Assembly: GCA_044867425.1 (NCBI GenBank)
Contig: JBIOUX010000104.1
Coordinates: 211 to 64,210 of the forward strand
Reading direction: 5' to 3'
Length of the DNA: 64,000 nt
Origin: Acidimicrobiia bacterium
GTDB taxonomy: Bacteria > Actinomycetota > Acidimicrobiia > IMCC26256 > BP-133
The notes beneath the pieces were generated by a model. It was not told the DNA's origin. It ran no database searches and worked only from the letters and a program-made list of their open reading frames with translations. The position numbers and the translations under genes were made by a program. This document shows, piece by piece, positions 1 through 8,866 of this stretch (position 1 is the stretch's first letter; each line of letters opens with the position of its first letter).

Positions 1-292
1 GCCGGAGGGCCACCACGAGCCCGGCCACGAGCTCGATGACGCCGACGGCGTACATGAGCTGGTGGGTCGTCCAGGGCAGCACGTCGGCGAACTCGGGGGC
101 GAGGTAGCGGTCCCAGTTCACAAGGACGTGGGCGAACTTGTCCAGCCCGAAGAGGATGGGGGCGGCGGTGAATCCGAGTCGGAGCAGCCAGAACGCCTGG
201 ACGGTGGGGTTGTCCAGCCCGGCCTTCCCGCCCCTCGCCGTCACGGCGCCTTCCGTCGTGCCGGTGACGGGAGCTGCTGTCGTGGTTGCCAT
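1..292 (-). CDS. DoxX-like integral membrane protein; only the 5-prime part is in the window (gene runs off the left edge)
   Basis: ATG at 292-290 (minus), 8 nt after AGGAGG. My translation is MATTTAAPVTG...FWLLRLGFTAAPILFGLDKFAHVLVNW...YAVGVIELVAGLVVAL, which is hydrophobic and DoxX-like. It is missing from the ORF track because no stop codon lies inside the window. Confidence 0.55.
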   Translation of the reverse strand, partial: MATTTAAPVTGTTEGAVTARGGKAGLDNPTVQAFWLLRLGFTAAPILFGLDKFAHVLVNWDRYLAPEFADVLPWTTHQLMYAVGVIELVAGLVVALR

Positions 293-330
293 CAGTCTTG
301 CCTCCTGGTCTCTAATATCAGGTAGGCTTG

Positions 331-359
331 ACTTTAGAAGCTCTCCTGGATTTCGTCAA
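331..359 (-). promoter_or_regulatory. Sigma70-like promoter for the DoxX-like gene
   Basis: Read on the minus strand: TTGACG (359-354), 17-nt spacer, TAAAGT (336-331). It sits inside an AT-rich island (about 300-390) upstream of the AGGAGG/ATG at 292. Confidence 0.4.
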
Positions 360-448
360 TAGCAATTTTTTTAGAATCAACTCCCGCGCCGCCCGGCGTC
401 TACGGCCAGGGCATGGCGGAGGCGGCGGATCCTGGACTCTCATCGGAA

Positions 449-468
449 ATGAGTGGCGAAACACTCAT
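449..468. promoter_or_regulatory. Palindrome copy 1: ATGAGTG-GCGAAA-CACTCAT (putative operator)
   Basis: Perfect 7-bp inverted arms with a 6-nt spacer, upstream of the ParB-like regulator gene. The same arms recur at 17048-17067 and 33991-34010. Confidence 0.5.
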
Positions 469-584
469 GCGCTTCCCCCTCGTTGTGCGCCAGACTCGAT
501 CGTCGAGAGCCAGCCACACACGGACGCGGTGACGACCCCGCGTCTCTTCGGCGCGATGAACCGCAAGGGGAGGCCGACTTCGAT

Positions 585-1544
585 GTGTCGACCGACGGAC
601 CTCTCATGACTCCCATGGCAGGGCAGCCAGAGCCCCAGGAAATCCACTCTGTAGCGATCGACACGCTCAGGGAGGCCTTCACTCCCCGGCTCGGCCCTGG
701 CGATGTCGATCACATTCGCGCTCTGGCAGAGTGTTACGGCGATCTCCCACCCGTCGTTGTCCACCGCTCCACCATGACGGTGATCGACGGCGTGCATCGC
801 ATCTCCGCAGCCCGGTCACTCGGCCATTCGACCATCAAGGTGCGCTTCTTCGACGGGTCCGAAGCCGATGCGTATGTCGAAGCGGTGCGGGCCAACATCG
901 CCCACGGCAAGCCACTGGCCCTCTCGGAGCGACGCGAGGCAGCCAGGAACGTCCTTCGGCTGCATCCCGAATGGTCCGACCGGAGAGTGGCGGAGACGTG
1001 CGGACTCTCGCACAAGACGGTTGGTGCGGTACGGAAGCGATCGGCTGGAGAACTTCCCCACTTGAGCGTGCGTGTCGGTCGTGACGCCAGGACCCGGCCC
1101 ACCGACCCGGCCGCCCTCCGGCTTCAGGTCGCCGAGATGGCGCGGGCGACACCGACCGCGTCGCTGCGACGGCTGGCGGACCAGGGCGGCACATCGCAGT
1201 CGACCGTGCTCGACGTCCGCCGGCGGATGGAGCGCGGCGAGAGTCCCGTGCCGCCGCGGCTCTCGGGACCTGACGTTCGTGCCACGTCTTCCAACCGGCG
1301 TCACCGTTCGGAGCCAACCGCCCTGATGGCGGACAGCGCCTGCACCGCCACCCCGGGCAGCAGGGCTTTCGCCGAATGGTTCGAAACCCATCGGATCTCG
1401 GAAAAAGAGGCCCTCCGGCACCTGGACGACGTGCCGCTCAGCCGGGTGTACCTCGTCGCCGATGAGGCCCGTGGGCAGGCCGCCTTATGGGAGCGCGTGG
1501 CCACCGGCTTGGAAGCACGGGCGGCTGCGGCAAAACGACGATGA
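585..1544 (+). CDS. ParB/Srx-type N-domain plus HTH regulator (StrR-like architecture)
   Basis: Track ORF 453..1544. ParB-like segment: VAIDTLREAFTPRL...PPVVVHRSTMTVIDGVHRISAARSLG. HTH-like segment: RRVAETCGLSHKTVGAVRKR. The GTG at 453 lies inside the palindrome, so the start was moved to GTG 585 (GGGGAGG upstream). ATG 606 is an alternative start. Confidence 0.7.
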   Translation: MSTDGPLMTPMAGQPEPQEIHSVAIDTLREAFTPRLGPGDVDHIRALAECYGDLPPVVVHRSTMTVIDGVHRISAARSLGHSTIKVRFFDGSEADAYVEAVRANIAHGKPLALSERREAARNVLRLHPEWSDRRVAETCGLSHKTVGAVRKRSAGELPHLSVRVGRDARTRPTDPAALRLQVAEMARATPTASLRRLADQGGTSQSTVLDVRRRMERGESPVPPRLSGPDVRATSSNRRHRSEPTALMADSACTATPGSRAFAEWFETHRISEKEALRHLDDVPLSRVYLVADEARGQAALWERVATGLEARAAAAKRR

Positions 1545-1611
1545 CATGGATGGAGCCGTGGCCTCATCCGCCATTGAACCACCAGGATTGACCGTCCCAC
1601 CGATCTGAACT

Positions 1612-1701
1612 ATGAGTAGATTGAGCCGCCGGGCGATGCCTGCAAAGAGTGGGTTCCCATCCTCGACGGCTTGTGGGATTTTCTCACCGCTAGTTCCGTA
1701 A
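1612..1701 (+). CDS. smORF-1, 29 aa: MSRLSRRAMPAKSGFPSSTACGIFSPLVP (speculative)
   Basis: My translation of the 385-bp gap. ATG..TAA. No Shine-Dalgarno. Third-position G+C is 17/29, lower than host genes. Ser/Thr/Cys-containing C-terminal half. Confidence 0.2.
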   Translation: MSRLSRRAMPAKSGFPSSTACGIFSPLVP

Positions 1702-1722
1702 ATACTTCCTGGAGGTATTTCC

Positions 1723-1821
1723 GTGCCCTACGACAAGATCGGCATCCGAGCGAAGGTTGTCCGCCGGAGCCGCAAGCAAGGACAGGACAGCAAGAGCAAA
1801 GAGAAAAAGCCGTCGAAGTAG
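1723..1821 (+). CDS. smORF-2, 32 aa basic peptide: MPYDKIGIRAKVVRRSRKQGQDSKSKEKKPSK (candidate precursor or leader peptide)
   Basis: GTG 1723 lies 7 nt after GGAGG (1711-1715). Third-position G+C is 25/31, which is host-like. TAG at 1819-1821. A GC-rich hairpin follows. Too short for the supplied track. Confidence 0.45.
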   Translation: MPYDKIGIRAKVVRRSRKQGQDSKSKEKKPSK

Positions 1822-1842
1822 CCGGCTGGAACACGATGTGAG

Positions 1843-1879
1843 CAGCGCCGCCGTCGGACAGCATCCGGCGGCTGCGCTG
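1843..1879 (+). terminator. GC-rich stem-loop after smORF-2 (attenuator or leaky terminator candidate)
   Basis: CAGCGCCGCCG (1843-1853) pairs with CGGCGG(CTG bulge)CGCTG (1866-1879), giving an 11-bp stem. There is no U-tract. Confidence 0.35.
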
Positions 1880-1929
1880 ACCACCCCAAAGGCACAGGCC
1901 ACTGAGGAGACTCTCGATCGGCGCCGAGG

Positions 1930-3129
1930 ATGAGACGGAACACCTGGGTCGAGCGGGAACTGGCAAACGGGGTGCGGCTCGCCATTGAAACCGATGGCGA
2001 CGGCTGTCCGAGTTATTGCGTTCGGTACGAGGTAGGGAGTAGCCACGAAGCTCCTCATGAGCACGGGCTCGCGCATCTGGTGGAACATCTTGCCTTCTGT
2101 ACTGGACGCGGGTCATTCGATGATCTCGCGGCTGAGGCCGGCGGCTTCTGCAACGCCGTGACCGACTTTGATTCCACGTCCTACTTCGGGACTGTTCCAT
2201 GTGGCGACCTGGCGGGGCTGCTCGTCCTGGAAGCGGCTCGCATGCGAGATCTCTTGGCCAGCCACGACGAATGGGCGCGGGAGGTCGAGGTGATCGCGGA
2301 CGAAGCCGAGATGTTGAGGAACGATCCCGAGCACCTCTGGATCGAGGATCTGGCCCGGATTCTGTTCGCCAAGAGTGATCCCTACCATCACGGAATTCTC
2401 GGACCGGTGGGCGAACTGCCCGACCTCGCCGAGGCACGTCATTTCCATCGCCGCCACTACACCCCCCTTCGGTGCGCGGTGGCCGTAGCCGGGGCGACCG
2501 AAGTGGAACCACTGCTCTGCTCGCTGGAAACGGGCTTGGGCCGTCTGCCCATGAGCGGCAGAGCAGCGGCGGTACGGCGGCCGACCTTGAGGAAAGCGCC
2601 GAGAACAGCTGACCTCGATGCGGTAGACGGAAGCGCTCGGGTCTATTTCGTTTGGCCCGCGCCGCCGTGGGGCACCCCGGGTTCCTGGGCCTTGACGATG
2701 TGGGGAAATCTTCTTGTCGTGGGCGCCGACGCCCACCTGGCCTCGGTCAGGGTCAGCGGCGCACCGCTCTCCGACTACGGATATCAGATCCTGCGCTGGC
2801 GGCGTGCGCCGCTCCTGATCGTCTGGGGTGAAGCTGACGATGAAGATGTGCTGCGGCTCGAGGATGCGCTCCACCGGGCGTTGCTCGAAGCCCCTTCACC
2901 CAGCGGCACTGACATCGAGCGCGCCCGGCATCTCGAAGCCATCGGCGGGGCTCGGGCCGTGGAGGACTCATGCGACCGGGCCGGCCTCAAGGCCGACGCC
3001 CTCGCCTACCAGTTGGCTGAGGGAGATGGTGTTCTTCTGATCGAGCGCGTCACCGATGAAATGGTCAGGGAGGCGGCGAGGGTCACCCGGGGACCCGTGT
3101 CCGCGGTTTTGCGGTACCACGGCCGGTGA
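1930..3129 (+). CDS. M16 family zinc peptidase, catalytic subunit
   Basis: Inverted zincin motif HxxEH in GLAHLVEHLAF. 399 aa. Confidence 0.85.
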   Translation: MRRNTWVERELANGVRLAIETDGDGCPSYCVRYEVGSSHEAPHEHGLAHLVEHLAFCTGRGSFDDLAAEAGGFCNAVTDFDSTSYFGTVPCGDLAGLLVLEAARMRDLLASHDEWAREVEVIADEAEMLRNDPEHLWIEDLARILFAKSDPYHHGILGPVGELPDLAEARHFHRRHYTPLRCAVAVAGATEVEPLLCSLETGLGRLPMSGRAAAVRRPTLRKAPRTADLDAVDGSARVYFVWPAPPWGTPGSWALTMWGNLLVVGADAHLASVRVSGAPLSDYGYQILRWRRAPLLIVWGEADDEDVLRLEDALHRALLEAPSPSGTDIERARHLEAIGGARAVEDSCDRAGLKADALAYQLAEGDGVLLIERVTDEMVREAARVTRGPVSAVLRYHGR

Positions 3130-4265
3130 CGCTTGGATTCCCCCTGGTGTCCACCCGGCACCATCGCCTCGGCGTGGTGTCGGGCCGCGCCCTGTACGAC
3201 GCCGGCGTCTGGCGGGAGGAGGTTCCCGGGGCCGCGCTGTTGCTGCTGTGCTGGCTTCGGGCCGCCTGCCGGGGCAGCCCGGCGCACGCTGCCACCGCCC
3301 CGCTGGCGGCGCTCGGCGTTCCCCACTTCTGGCACGCCAGCTGGGAGTTTCTCGAGTTGGAGTTCGAGTGCCTTGACGAGGACGTCCAGGCGGTCGTGGA
3401 ACGCTTACCGGTGGGAACGCGGTTCGGTTCCCAGTCTGATCCCACCTCGCTCCGGGACGCTGTCGACCGCGCCTTCAGGATGCACCACACCCAGATGAGA
3501 AGCGCCCTCGCCAGCGGGGCCAGCCACGCCGCGCAGGCCCTGGGCCGAGCATGCCTGGATCGCTACGGTCTCGTCGGAGCCGCGCCACCGGCCGGTGCCG
3601 ACGGCTCCGTGATCGTCGGGATGTGGGAACGCCTGGGGCCGCCCAAAGCCATCGTCCTGGCCGGCGACACGGATGTGGCCGAGGCACGGCCGGTTTGGCC
3701 TTCAGCCGCCGCACCGATTCCTCGCCCGCCCAGGCCTGTCGCCGCCCCCGTCTGCCGGGATGAGCGGGTATGCGTGACGGTGGCATTGGAGGCGGTCGAC
3801 TGGCCGATCGCGGCTACCACGGCCATGGTGCTCGAACGTGAGTTGGTGGGCCGGTTCCGCCAGCAGGACGGGCTTGCCTACGAGATCTCGTCGGAACCTC
3901 TCGGTCACTGCGTCCTCGGCCAGATGGTGGGGGGACGGAAACGGCGGGACGCTCTCGTCGTCCAGGCTCGTGCCGTCCTTCGTCATCTCCGCGAATTGTC
4001 ATCGCCGCTCTGGCAACAGGGCGCGCGCATGGCTTTGGCCCAAGCGCTCGCCGTCCGGCAGCGATCCGAAGTCGTTGTCGACCGGATGGTGGAGATCATG
4101 GCGTCCCAAAACTCGTTCCCCGGCCAGGAGATGGAGAGGGAGATCGACCGGTTGAGGTGGATGGCCGAGAACCCGGCGGATCTGTGGCGGCCCGCTCCTG
4201 CGCCTGGCGTTCTCGTCCTCACGCAGCCAGGCCGACCGGCGCAGCAGCACCTCGCCCGTGCTTGA
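3126..4265 (+). CDS. M16-like peptidase partner subunit (no HxxEH)
   Basis: GTGA overlap with the upstream M16 gene and a similar size. It lacks the zinc motif, which fits a non-catalytic partner of an M16B-type pair. The call rests on context and weak family resemblance. Confidence 0.6.
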   Translation: MTLGFPLVSTRHHRLGVVSGRALYDAGVWREEVPGAALLLLCWLRAACRGSPAHAATAPLAALGVPHFWHASWEFLELEFECLDEDVQAVVERLPVGTRFGSQSDPTSLRDAVDRAFRMHHTQMRSALASGASHAAQALGRACLDRYGLVGAAPPAGADGSVIVGMWERLGPPKAIVLAGDTDVAEARPVWPSAAAPIPRPPRPVAAPVCRDERVCVTVALEAVDWPIAATTAMVLERELVGRFRQQDGLAYEISSEPLGHCVLGQMVGGRKRRDALVVQARAVLRHLRELSSPLWQQGARMALAQALAVRQRSEVVVDRMVEIMASQNSFPGQEMEREIDRLRWMAENPADLWRPAPAPGVLVLTQPGRPAQQHLARA

Positions 4266-5523
4266 CGCCGGCCGGGCCCGCAGGTCTGGACCAGGCCTGT
4301 GGGCGGACCCCGACTTCCTCAAGTTCTGGACCGCCCAAACCGTGTCGAGAGTCGGCACCCAGGTCACGTTTCTCGCCCTGCCGCTCACTGCCGTCGTGCT
4401 CCTGGACGCGAGTCCTGCCCAGGTCGGTTGGCTGGCCACCGTGGAGTATCTCCCGTACTTCTTCAGCCTGTGGGCGGGTGTCATAGTGGATCGCCTGCGT
4501 CGGCGCCGTCTGGTGGTGGGCGCGGACATCGGCCTCAGTCTCGTCATGGGCGTCGTCCCCGTAGCGGCGGCTACCCACCACCTCACCTATCCGGCCTTGC
4601 TCGGGGTCGCCTTCGCGGTGGGGTGCCTCACCATGCTCATCGAGATCGCCCAGACGAGCTATCTCCCCACCGTGGTCCGTCGGGTGCACCTGCTCGAGGC
4701 GAACACCAAACTGGAGGTCGGCCGGGTCGCCGCCCAGGTGTCCGGATCGGGACTGGGCGGGCTGCTGATCCAGGCGCTGTCGGCGCCCATCGCCATCGCC
4801 GCCGACAGCGCGTCCTACCTGGTGGCCGGATGCCTCATGGCTCGGATTGCCAAGCCTGAGGCACCGCCACCACGGCAGAGGACCCGCGTCCTGGCGGAAG
4901 TGCAGGAAGGCCTGAGGATGGCCCTGGCCCTGCCGCTGCGGCCCCTGCTCTTCCTGGCCGCGCTGGACAACCTCGTCCTTTCGGCGCAGGGCGCGGTGTT
5001 CGTTCTCTACATGGCTCGGGATCTGAGTTTTCCGCCCGCGTGGATCGGCTTCGTCACGGCCGCGAGCAGTATCGGCGGCGCCCTTCTCGGTCTCGCTGGG
5101 CGGCGCTCCCGTCTCGGCCAGGACCTTCACCGTCGCGTGTCGGGCGCGCAGTCCATGCTCGTCGCCAGCATCGCGATCATGCCCATCGCCACGCTCGTCT
5201 CACCGGTGACTTCGCTCGCACTGATGATCGCCTCCGGTTTCCTCTACGGTGCCGCCACCGTCGTCCTCTTCGTCACCATCGTGACCGCACGACAAGCGCT
5301 GACTCCCGACGCGCTCCTCGGCCGGGTCAGTGCCGCGTGGCGCTTCCTGGCGGTGACGGCGACGCCCGCCGGTGCCTTTCTGGGCGGGACCCTGGGACAG
5401 GCACTGGGACTCCCGACGACGTTCTTCCTGTGCGCCACCGGCTTGTGCGTTCCCCTCGTCCTCATCGCCCGCGCTGAGAGCCGGGCCGGGCTTGCGCTAG
5501 CGGCGGGCCAGAAACACGGATGA
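4258..5523 (+). CDS. MFS transporter (EntS/MFS_3-like exporter)
   Basis: Multi-TM hydrophobic profile. N-terminus WADPDFLKFWTAQTVSRVGTQ and loop DRLRRRRL. Overlaps the upstream stop codon. Confidence 0.85.
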   Translation: MLDAGRARRSGPGLWADPDFLKFWTAQTVSRVGTQVTFLALPLTAVVLLDASPAQVGWLATVEYLPYFFSLWAGVIVDRLRRRRLVVGADIGLSLVMGVVPVAAATHHLTYPALLGVAFAVGCLTMLIEIAQTSYLPTVVRRVHLLEANTKLEVGRVAAQVSGSGLGGLLIQALSAPIAIAADSASYLVAGCLMARIAKPEAPPPRQRTRVLAEVQEGLRMALALPLRPLLFLAALDNLVLSAQGAVFVLYMARDLSFPPAWIGFVTAASSIGGALLGLAGRRSRLGQDLHRRVSGAQSMLVASIAIMPIATLVSPVTSLALMIASGFLYGAATVVLFVTIVTARQALTPDALLGRVSAAWRFLAVTATPAGAFLGGTLGQALGLPTTFFLCATGLCVPLVLIARAESRAGLALAAGQKHG

Positions 5524-6288
5524 CCGCTTGCTGGCCAGGAACGGGCCGTCGAAGTGGGGCAGTCGGGAGGCCAGCTCCGCGCCATCCATTCTCCTGGCCA
5601 GGTGGTCCCGCACCGCCGCCCAGTCGGCAAAGGTGACCTGTCCGTTGGCGTCGAGCCGGTCCACCTCCCGGAAATGGCGCTTCAGCCGGCGCCGGCCGTT
5701 CTCGCGGCTGAAGGCGATGATGATGGCGGGTGTCCCGAACAGCAGCTCCCACAGTTCACTGAGGTTGCGCTCACTGAGTGTCGCGGCGACAAGCAAGCCC
5801 CCGGGTCGCAGGACCCGAGCGGCCTCACGGATCCCGGCCGCGACGTTCTCGAGATAGTGCAACACCCAATTCGCAATAAGACAGTCGACGGTTCCTGAGG
5901 CGAAAGGCAACCGGTTGAGGTCGGCAATTACGGTCCCGAGACCCCGATCGGCTGCCATCTTTGCCATGCGCGGTGAGAGGTCCGCGGCCAGGACTTTTCC
6001 CTTGATTGCGGTTTGCAGCCGAGCGGCGAAGACCGCCGTACCGCAGCCGACGTCCACGATCGTGCCCGGATGAAACTGAGCGACTCTTTCGAACGCAAGC
6101 TCCAAGGCGTCAGTACCCGTTCCCGTGTCGTACAACGCCGACTGCGCCTCGTAGTCGCTCTCCTGTGCGAACGCCTCGAGCACACGTTGGCGATGGCTAA
6201 CAGTCTTCGCGGAATGATCACGGCGACGATCGCAACCTGATTGACCTATCACCGCACAACTATTAACGTCGCTTTCAGCGTACTTCAA
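5497..6288 (-). CDS. Class I SAM-dependent methyltransferase
   Basis: SAM motif I IVDVGCGTAVFAARL. Converges on the MFS gene with a 27-nt overlap. Start codon uncertain. Confidence 0.8.
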   Translation of the reverse strand: MKYAESDVNSCAVIGQSGCDRRRDHSAKTVSHRQRVLEAFAQESDYEAQSALYDTGTGTDALELAFERVAQFHPGTIVDVGCGTAVFAARLQTAIKGKVLAADLSPRMAKMAADRGLGTVIADLNRLPFASGTVDCLIANWVLHYLENVAAGIREAARVLRPGGLLVAATLSERNLSELWELLFGTPAIIIAFSRENGRRRLKRHFREVDRLDANGQVTFADWAAVRDHLARRMDGAELASRLPHFDGPFLASKRSSVFLARR

Positions 6289-6342
6289 GCCTGGCTGTCC
6301 AGAATTTCATCGCGCCGGGAGAGGCGCCGCGGAGGAGAGCCT

Positions 6343-7512
6343 ATGCCGGACAGCACGGAAGCTTTCGTCCCCTATGAGCATGAGCGTGTCGAGCGGGAAT
6401 CGACCAACTGGTGGGATCTGCTCCCCATCTCGATCAACGACACCTACGGCGACCCGTTCATCCCCGAACAGGTCGAGAATACGGTCATGAAGATCACCCG
6501 GCTCATGGACCATCGATTTCCCCTGGCAATCTTCACCAAGGCTGGGTATGACCGTGCCGTCCTACAAAAATTGCGGGCGATTGCTGCCAATGACCGTGTG
6601 GTGGTCTTCTACAGCCTCACCGGCTTGAACGAGGGCGGTATTTCTTTCGGAGAACGCTTGGCGATGATCGATGGGCTCCGTGACATCTGGGACAACGTCG
6701 TCGTCTTCACCCGTCCAATCATCCGGAACCGGAACGACGATCCTGCACTCCTTCAACGCCTCGTGGATGTTGCCGCCGCCGGAACCAAACTCCTCGTGAT
6801 GGGCGGCCTGCACGACCGCTACAAGAACAAGTTGTTGGAATTTGCTATCGAAGACCTGCTCACGGAAATGTGCGACCAACAAGGCGTGAAGTGCTTCCAC
6901 AAGACCGCCTGTTGCGCCGCTTATCTCCATCGCCGGTCCTGCTGGGTACACGACATGACTGGCCCTCACAACCTTGAGGTGGCGCGCCAGCTCGGCTATC
7001 GGTTCGCGATCATCGAGAATCGCGTGGTCCTGGACCGGGCCAGCACGGGTGACCTGAACTTCCTGCGCATGCTGGTACGGGCCGGCGTGTACGCCGCCCG
7101 TCTCATCAGCAACTACAACCTGCTTACGATCCCGAGCGGCGAGCAGAAATACGAAGCCACTTCGAGTTGGTACGCCTGGTCGGAGAACATCGATACCTGC
7201 CTCGATTGTGACTATTGCATCATCAAGCAGATTGAATATCTGAAGAGGATGCGGGTGAAGATCGGCACGCATCCGTCAGAAATGGTCGAGATCGTCCGCG
7301 CCCTGAATCCGGGAGTCGACTTTTCGACGTTCCAGATGACCAAGCTGCGCGAGGAACGGTCGGAGGCGCATACTTACGACGACGTCCGGGTGGTGAAACC
7401 GTGCTTCGTGAGGCGTTATCCACCCCCACCTCTTGCTGCCATCTCGGGGACGGCCCCGGACCGCGTGGTCGCGCCACTTCGGATCGCATGTACTCCGAGC
7501 TCCGCACGCTGA
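6343..7512 (+). CDS. Cys-rich protein with a radical-SAM/SplB-like barrel signature but no N-terminal CxxxCxxC; C-terminal CLDCDYC
   Basis: ATG 6343 follows GGAGGAG. ISINDTYGDPFIPEQ...LAIFTKAGYDRAVL...FTRPIIRNRNDDP resembles the post-cluster part of COG1533-type radical SAM barrels. Cys-rich tail: CDQQGVKCFHKTACCAAYLHRRSC and CLDCDYC. G+C is visibly lower than in neighbouring genes. Confidence 0.6.
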   Translation: MPDSTEAFVPYEHERVERESTNWWDLLPISINDTYGDPFIPEQVENTVMKITRLMDHRFPLAIFTKAGYDRAVLQKLRAIAANDRVVVFYSLTGLNEGGISFGERLAMIDGLRDIWDNVVVFTRPIIRNRNDDPALLQRLVDVAAAGTKLLVMGGLHDRYKNKLLEFAIEDLLTEMCDQQGVKCFHKTACCAAYLHRRSCWVHDMTGPHNLEVARQLGYRFAIIENRVVLDRASTGDLNFLRMLVRAGVYAARLISNYNLLTIPSGEQKYEATSSWYAWSENIDTCLDCDYCIIKQIEYLKRMRVKIGTHPSEMVEIVRALNPGVDFSTFQMTKLREERSEAHTYDDVRVVKPCFVRRYPPPPLAAISGTAPDRVVAPLRIACTPSSAR

Positions 7513-8231
7513 GCGCCGGCACGGCGTCCTTCTACTGCATGGTGGAACGGCCACGAAAGGGAGCGGCGGCTCCCGATGGGGTCTTCCTTCTGCACGGCCT
7601 GGGCGAGGACCGTAGCGGCCACAACTACCTGTGGTCGCAGATGGCCCGGCGTCTGGTGTCGGACGGTTCCACCGTCTACCGGTGCGACCTGGCCGGCATG
7701 GGGGACTCCCTACTGCCTCTCGACCTCGATCTCTGGGCCAGGCAGCTCGACGCCTTGGGAGGTCTTGGACAAGACCATGATCGCATCCACGTCGTGGCCC
7801 GGGGGGCGGCCCGCTGCATCGTGCCCGACAACTGGCGACGGGGGACTGTGGTGGCCCTGCGGCCGTGCGGCCCCCGGGATGTCGACACGGGGCTCGGAAG
7901 CGCACTGGGGCGGGCCGTCTGTGGCCAGGTGAGGCCCGTCCCGGGCGATGTCGGACCGGAGGAGAGCCGGTTCTGGACTGCGCTGGGAACCGAGGTGCGC
8001 GCCATCGGAGGCGCCAGTGTCAGTGCCTTTTTCCTCACTCAGGTCGCCTCCCGCACGACCCCGTGTCCTTCTTGCTGGACGGTCCTCGCCGCCGTTCACG
8101 ATGCCGATCGTGTCCCGGAGGAGGCCATCCTGCTCGACACCCCGAGCTCGCTGTTCCTGCTCGAGGCGGACCGCGGACAGGTCCTGGAGCTGGTCACCCG
8201 AGCGCTGGCCGGGACTGGTCACCGGCGTTGA
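7488..8231 (+). CDS. Alpha/beta-hydrolase-fold protein with a degenerate nucleophile elbow
   Basis: Track ORF 7401..8231. GVFLLHGLGEDRSGH and CDLAGMGDS are alpha/beta-fold-like. The elbow reads VVARGAA instead of GxSxG. Start is uncertain (ATG 7488 or 7539). Confidence 0.5.
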   Translation: MYSELRTLSAGTASFYCMVERPRKGAAAPDGVFLLHGLGEDRSGHNYLWSQMARRLVSDGSTVYRCDLAGMGDSLLPLDLDLWARQLDALGGLGQDHDRIHVVARGAARCIVPDNWRRGTVVALRPCGPRDVDTGLGSALGRAVCGQVRPVPGDVGPEESRFWTALGTEVRAIGGASVSAFFLTQVASRTTPCPSCWTVLAAVHDADRVPEEAILLDTPSSLFLLEADRGQVLELVTRALAGTGHRR

Positions 8232-8866
8232 GTTCGAGGGCGCTGTTCGTCGCCGTGGAAGGCATCGACGGCTCAGGGAAGTCGACGATGGCCGCGGCCC
8301 TCGCCCGGACCCTGGAGACCCGAGGGCGCGCCGTCAGCGTGCTCCGTCCGCTGGCCCCCGAGGGGCGTGTGGTCGACGATGTGCGCTTCGTCCACCAGGC
8401 CCTGGGCGGTCGGAACTCGGAATTGGACCGTCTCAAGGACCGATTCCTCTCCACCTACTTCAGCTATCGACTGGCATTGTCGGCCGTGCGGGAGATCGTT
8501 CCCCGGCTGGAGGCCGGGGTCTCGGTCGTTGCCGACCGGTATCTCGGATCCCATGTGGTGAACCAGGCGGTGTTCGGCGAAGACCTCCAACCCGTCCGGG
8601 GCCTGCTGGAACGCCTCCCTCCTCCGGACGTGACCTTGTTCCTCCAGGTCCCGGTTCCCGTCGCCCTGGAGCGGCTGCAACCTCGACCTCGGCGGGGCGT
8701 GGGCGATCATCGCCGCTTCCTTGAAGCCGCCGACGCCGGCTTCCAGGACCAGGCCATCCTTCATGGTTGGGTCGTGCTGGACGGGACGCGAGCCCCCGAA
8801 GTGGTCGCCGTCGACGCCGCCGACCAGATGGAACGCGCCTTGGGAGCCGCGGAGATGCGGCGGTGA
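8228..8866 (+). CDS. Thymidylate kinase-like P-loop kinase
   Basis: FVAVEGIDGSGKST P-loop and ADRYLGSHVVNQ (DRY..S..YQ-like). A TTG start forms a TTGA overlap with the upstream stop. In frame with track ORF 7865..8866. Confidence 0.7.
   Translation: MSSRALFVAVEGIDGSGKSTMAAALARTLETRGRAVSVLRPLAPEGRVVDDVRFVHQALGGRNSELDRLKDRFLSTYFSYRLALSAVREIVPRLEAGVSVVADRYLGSHVVNQAVFGEDLQPVRGLLERLPPPDVTLFLQVPVPVALERLQPRPRRGVGDHRRFLEAADAGFQDQAILHGWVVLDGTRAPEVVAVDAADQMERALGAAEMRR

Noticed and set aside
449-468. Reading the ATGAGTG-N6-CACTCAT palindromes as CIRCE (HrcA) or HAIR (HspR) heat-shock operators
   Set aside because: CIRCE has the arms in the opposite order (GCACTC-N9-GAGTGC). HAIR is CTTGAGT-N7-ACTCAAG, whereas here the TGAGT/ACTCA cores are 8 nt apart and the outer bases differ. 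No chaperone genes are adjacent.
453-584. GTG 453 as the start of the ParB-like gene
   Set aside because: The codon lies inside the 449-468 palindrome. The first 44 codons are low-complexity with no family resemblance. An SD-like GGGGAGG precedes GTG 585.
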